Positions 58,811-64,000 of a DNA stretch of 64,000 bases are shown in pieces. Under the pieces are notes generated by a model that was given only the letters and a program-made list of their open reading frames with translations, ran no database searches and was not told the origin of the DNA. The stretch comes from an uncultured Thermoplasmatales archaeon (lineage in GTDB: Archaea; Thermoplasmatota; E2; DHVEG-1): positions 844 to 64,843 of the forward strand of contig CAZTMK010000012.1 of assembly GCA_964615235.1 (NCBI GenBank), read 5' to 3'. Each line of letters begins with the position of its first letter. Position 1 is the stretch's first letter. The position numbers and the translations under genes were made by a program.

Positions 58811-59884
58811 TTACATTGTATTATAAACAACTTGCATAATATTTTCAACAGATGAATTTACGTCACATTTTCTTGTTATACCAGTGAATCTTTTGGCTCT
58901 TTGAACATTTTCTTTAAGATTAATCTTATCTTGACTTATGGAAAAAAAACTTCTTTTTTGAGAATGGTACTGGCCAAGATACTCTTGTTCAATCTGTCCT
59001 GGTGTTGGTACCATTAAAGCTTTAGTCCCAATTACAGCTAAATCTAAAATTGTCGAATAACCACTCCTAGAAATAACAAGTTTTGTTCGATTGAGCAAAT
59101 CTTCTCTTTCTTTTTTAGATAGAAATGTATAAGTTGTAATGTTTTCATTTTTTAGTTTTTCATTTATTTCGGTTTTACCTAATGTGATTACAATATTGCC
59201 GTTAATTTGATCAATCTGTGAAAGTATCTTTTCCTCAAATAAGGTTCTTTGCGGTTCAGGTCCCGAGATAGAAATAAAATAATCAACATCTTTTTTTGTT
59301 CGTTTTTTGGAAAAATCCGAGAGAACCCCAACATAGTTTATTCTACTCTCATCTATTCTTTTTAGATTATGGGAGAGTTCTCCTGATAAGTTATCATCCT
59401 TGAAATCGGGTACTATTACTTCTCGAAATCTTTTAAAGAAAAATAAATTAAATATTTCGCTACCCGATTCAAGTTTTTTAATTCTAAGCGGGTTCATTAT
59501 CCTCATCTGGTGAGAAATAAAATATGATGGGATTTTTTTACTGTATACATCATATCTTGCATCAGATATAATCAAATCGTAATTATTCTTTTCAATTAAT
59601 TTTGTAACAATCTGTAGACCAGATTCCATTTTCCGAATGAACAAAGGCCAATAAATTAGGCTTTTTGCCATAAATTGTCTAGAATTTTCTGAAAGAAGCA
59701 TTGGATAATCAGGGATATCCAAGTATTCCACATCGTTTCCTAGTTCGGTTTTTAAAAGATCAACGGAACGTCCACTTGAGATTACCATTAATTCATTATT
59801 TTCGCGAACCAACTTTCTAATAACTGGTAATGAGCGAGTTGCATGACCCAATCCCCAGGAACATATACCGTATAATACCTTCAT
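58811..59884 (-). CDS. GT-B glycosyltransferase, MJ1255/TIGR00661-like (paralog of 9431-10477)
   Basis: MKVLYGICSWGLGHATRSLPV N-terminal glycine motif. 357 aa. Confidence 0.7.
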   Translation of the reverse strand: MKVLYGICSWGLGHATRSLPVIRKLVRENNELMVISSGRSVDLLKTELGNDVEYLDIPDYPMLLSENSRQFMAKSLIYWPLFIRKMESGLQIVTKLIEKNNYDLIISDARYDVYSKKIPSYFISHQMRIMNPLRIKKLESGSEIFNLFFFKRFREVIVPDFKDDNLSGELSHNLKRIDESRINYVGVLSDFSKKRTKKDVDYFISISGPEPQRTLFEEKILSQIDQINGNIVITLGKTEINEKLKNENITTYTFLSKKEREDLLNRTKLVISRSGYSTILDLAVIGTKALMVPTPGQIEQEYLGQYHSQKRSFFSISQDKINLKENVQRAKRFTGITRKCDVNSSVENIMQVVYNTM

Positions 59885-59985
59885 CTATGCGATGTAATAA
59901 ATTCGGCATTAAATATCTAACGAGAAAATGACTTAAATTAATTGTATTTTTATAGTAGCAATTAATATCTGCTTATGGGGAAAGT

Positions 59986-60798
59986 ATGAATTATAGAGAA
60001 AAACTCCTGGATATAGTACAGGAAAATAACAGTTTATTATGTGTGGGTCTTGATATAGATTCAGAAAAAATTCCCAATTTCTTATTTAAAAGTAGCAGCG
60101 ATCCTTATTTTGAGTTTAACAAATCTATCATAGATGCAACTAAAGATATCGTTTGTGCATACAAGTTAAACATGGCATTTTATGAAGTTTTAGGAATAGA
60201 TGGATTTATTTTACTTGAAAAAACGATTAAGTACATACCAAAAAATATTTTAATAATACTTGATGGAAAAAGAAATGATATTGGTAATACCGCTAAAAAA
60301 TATGCAAAAGCATTTTTTGAAACATTTCATGCTGATGCCATAACAATTAACCCCTACCTTGGTAAGGACGGAATAGCTCCTTTTCTTGAATATAAGGACA
60401 AATGTAGCTTTATTTTATGTAGAACATCAAATCCATCAGCAGGAGATTTTCAAGATCTCAATTTTGCAGATAAACCGCTTTTCTCGATAGTTGCAACAAA
60501 AATAAAAGAATGGAATATATATGATAACTGTGGAGCAGTGGTAGGTGCAACTTATCCAAATGAACTGAAAATAATTAGGAAAAAACTTGGGGATAATGTC
60601 CCATTATTAATTCCGGGTATTGGAAAGCAAGGCGGGGCTATCCCAATAACCGTTAAATATGGGACTAATAAAAATAAAGAAATGGCAATTATAAACTCAT
60701 CTCGTGGAATTATTTACTCTGGTGATGACCAAGCCTTTGCAGATTCAGCTAGAAAGTCAGCACTGTCATTAAAGAATGAAATAAACTTGTACAGATAA
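59986..60798 (+). CDS. pyrF: Orotidine-5'-phosphate decarboxylase (type 2 / long form)
   Basis: LCVGLDID, ILDGKRNDIGNTAKKYA (K-x-x-D-I-x-x-T), PGIGKQGG are conserved blocks of the PyrF2 family. 270 aa. Confidence 0.85.
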   Translation: MNYREKLLDIVQENNSLLCVGLDIDSEKIPNFLFKSSSDPYFEFNKSIIDATKDIVCAYKLNMAFYEVLGIDGFILLEKTIKYIPKNILIILDGKRNDIGNTAKKYAKAFFETFHADAITINPYLGKDGIAPFLEYKDKCSFILCRTSNPSAGDFQDLNFADKPLFSIVATKIKEWNIYDNCGAVVGATYPNELKIIRKKLGDNVPLLIPGIGKQGGAIPITVKYGTNKNKEMAIINSSRGIIYSGDDQAFADSARKSALSLKNEINLYR

Positions 60799-60976
60799 GG
60801 ATTATAACCAAAAAGATTATTAACACATTCAACTATGTTAATAGGAGCCTTAATAAGAAGACCCCTTTGATTGGCGATGATCTGGGGAGGCAAGTTTAAG
60901 GCAACATGTTGGTGCCAACTTAGGGTCCCTCTTTGATCTTATAGACGAAACGTCATGAAATGAAAGGAGGACAACC

Positions 60977-61078
60977 ATGGTATCATACAAATGCCGCGAT
61001 ACAAGTTATTTACTCATTCCTTCTGCTGCGATAAGGGGAGTGTTTAACTGCGCCCAAGAACCTATAATTCTTAGGTGA
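60977..61078 (+). CDS. Candidate 33-aa leader ORF in the rRNA operon upstream region
   Basis: AGGAGG 6 nt upstream of the ATG. MVSYKCRDTSYLLIPSAAIRGVFNCAQEPIILR. Lies in a locally GC-rich region. Confidence 0.2.
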   Translation: MVSYKCRDTSYLLIPSAAIRGVFNCAQEPIILR

Positions 61079-61363
61079 CAGCGGCAAACAATTGACTCAT
61101 GTGTAAGCTTTAAATATAATTACCATATACGTCTTAATTCCAAATTCATAGCCCAGACCTTTCCGGTTAATCCATGAGGGTGAGGTATCGCTCGTATCTA
61201 TGAATGGATTGTTTCCGTCTTGGGCAACAAAATGATATGTGGGGGTTCAAGAAAACAGCAGCCCGTTAATCTGTTGGCCCTCTTGAATCTGACTATTGGC
61301 ATGTGTTGGTGATATTTGGTTCGCCCACCAAATTCCAAATAAAATAGGATAATAGTGTGTATG

Positions 61364-62832
<1,469 letters not shown>

Positions 62833-62932
62833 CGAAATTAATGGGCGACCAAACACCAAAAACACATGTCAAATCAAAAAGTATATTAACTCTTAGCAAA
62901 TAGTTACCGGCTCCGTAAGAGATAGATACAAA

Positions 62933-63004
62933 GGGCCGGTAGATCAGCGGAAGATCGCCTGCTTTGCAAGCAGGAGGCCATGGGTTCAAATCCCATCCGG
63001 TCCA
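62933..63004 (+). tRNA. tRNA-Ala (anticodon TGC) in the 16S-23S spacer
   Basis: GGGCCGGTAGATCAGCGGAAGATCGCCTGCTTTGCAAGCAGGAGGCCATGGGTTCAAATCCCATCCGGTCCA. Anticodon loop CTTTGCA. Typical archaeal rrn spacer tRNA. Confidence 0.9.
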
Positions 63005-63177
63005 CTACGATTTTCCAATAGGTTCATGAATACGTTATCTAGATCTTGAGAACTAGATAGTAAGAGCGTAGACGAAGCAACAATGTTGCAATGAAAGTCA
63101 ATGATCGCTGCCATTAAAATCATTTATAATGGTGTGCATACGTAACCTGGACGTAAATTGAGCCAGAATTGCGCCAT

Positions 63178-64000
63178 TTGGTGGATTGCTTGGTTCGAGT
63201 GCTGAAGAAGGTCGTGCCAAGCCGCGATATTACTCCGTGTAGGCGCAAGGAGCCTTTGAAGCGGAGATTACTGAATAGGACATCCTACCACTTATAGTGG
63301 AACTCACTTTGTGAGGAGGAACCTGCCGAATTGAAACATCTGAGTAGGCAGAGGAAAAGAAATCAAAAGAGATTGGGTTATTAAAGGCGATCGAACACCC
63401 AATAGAGCAAACCGAATCTTATAGCGAAGAGCTATGGGAGATGTGGAGTTTGGACTCTTATACTTCCAAACTGGTTAACTTAAAGTCCTCTGGAACGAGG
63501 CGCCATAGAGGGTGATAGCCCTGTAGAGGTAAACCAGTGGAAGATTTTTGAGTATCCAGAGTAACGTGCGTTGGATATCGCGCGTGAATTTGGGAGACAT
63601 AAACTTCTAACTCTAAATACAACTCGAGACCGATAGCGTAGTAGTAGCGCGAGTGAAAGTTGCAAAGTACCCCTTGCGGGAGGTGCAAAGAGCATGAAAT
63701 CAAATGGTTACAGACTGATAAGGCGTGAAAGCAAAGAATCCAATTATATTGGTGGAGCAGCGTCTTATCGTCCGTTTCGAAAAATGGGCCAGGGAGTTCC
63801 GGGTGATGGCAAGGTTAAGGATGAAAATCTGTAACCGTAGCGAAAGCGAATGTCCGCAGGCAACAAGGGACAGGGTGTGCTCGCCTGTAGTCATTACCTC
63901 GAGACCCGAAGCCAGTCGATCTATGCGTGGCCAGGTTGAAGCCCTGTGAAAACGGGGTGGAGGACCGAACCGGTACTGATGTGCAAATCGTTCGGATGAG
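63178..64000 (+). rRNA. rrl: 23S (LSU) ribosomal RNA, 5' portion (truncated at window end)
   Basis: GGTGGATTGCTTGG...GAAGAAGGTCGTGCCAAGC resembles the conserved 23S 5' region (GGATGCCTTGGC / GAAGGACGTG). GC-rich structured sequence continues to the end of the window. Confidence 0.85.

Noticed and set aside
60840-61300. RNase P RNA or SRP RNA in the GC-rich region upstream of 16S
   Set aside because: Hallmark motifs (AGGAAAGTCC/GGGC of RNase P; GGAAG...AGCA helix-8 of SRP RNA) were not seen by eye. More likely it is the pre-rRNA leader, kept as a low-confidence finding.

Overview
This window looks archaeal and AT-rich (about one-third GC by eye), with tightly packed genes on both strands. The right end carries an archaeal-type rRNA operon: 16S rRNA, tRNA-Ala(TGC), then the 5' part of the 23S rRNA. 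The 16S is flanked by a long-range inverted repeat consistent with a processing stem.

Housekeeping genes I recognise from conserved motifs:
- thiC, asnA, purF, rpiA, pyrF.
- A lower mevalonate / isoprenoid segment followed by an archaeal-type GluRS (IPK, IDI-2, GGPPS, gltX).
- aEF-1beta together with a small zinc-ribbon gene that the ORF track misses.
- An alpha-glucan (glycogen) cluster (GT4/5 synthase-like, GH57, archaeal debranching enzyme, GT35 phosphorylase).

Accessory-looking content:
- A 13-kb island of signal-peptide proteins at the left end. It includes a very large partial protein with two lamin-tail domains, CARDB-like domains and a C-terminal PLD-like domain; a Zn-metalloprotease with calcium-binding repeats; a triple-repeat LEA_2-like membrane protein; an alpha/beta hydrolase; and a WxYDGxxW repeat beta-propeller.
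- Two paralogous C25 (gingipain)-like cysteine peptidases, one of 1291 aa.
- M28 and M29 peptidases.
- A surface-glycosylation-like cluster (UPF0104 flippase-like, radical SAM, GT4, GT-C, MJ1255-family GT).
- A stand-alone RAM-domain protein next to a permease with a fused C-terminal RAM domain.
- Two membrane-anchored winged-helix regulators.
- A zinc-ribbon::Tpt1 fusion next to tRNA-Lys.
- A radical-SAM-like protein with a non-canonical CX4CX2C motif.

I found no CRISPR array, transposase, integrase, restriction-modification or P-loop defence genes. The ORF track omits genes truncated at the window edges (the large minus-strand gene at 1..2876, the 23S) and ORFs under 60 aa. Several listed ORFs are antisense or lie inside the rRNAs and are spurious. 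All functional calls rest on motif-level recognition by eye; nothing was checked against a database.
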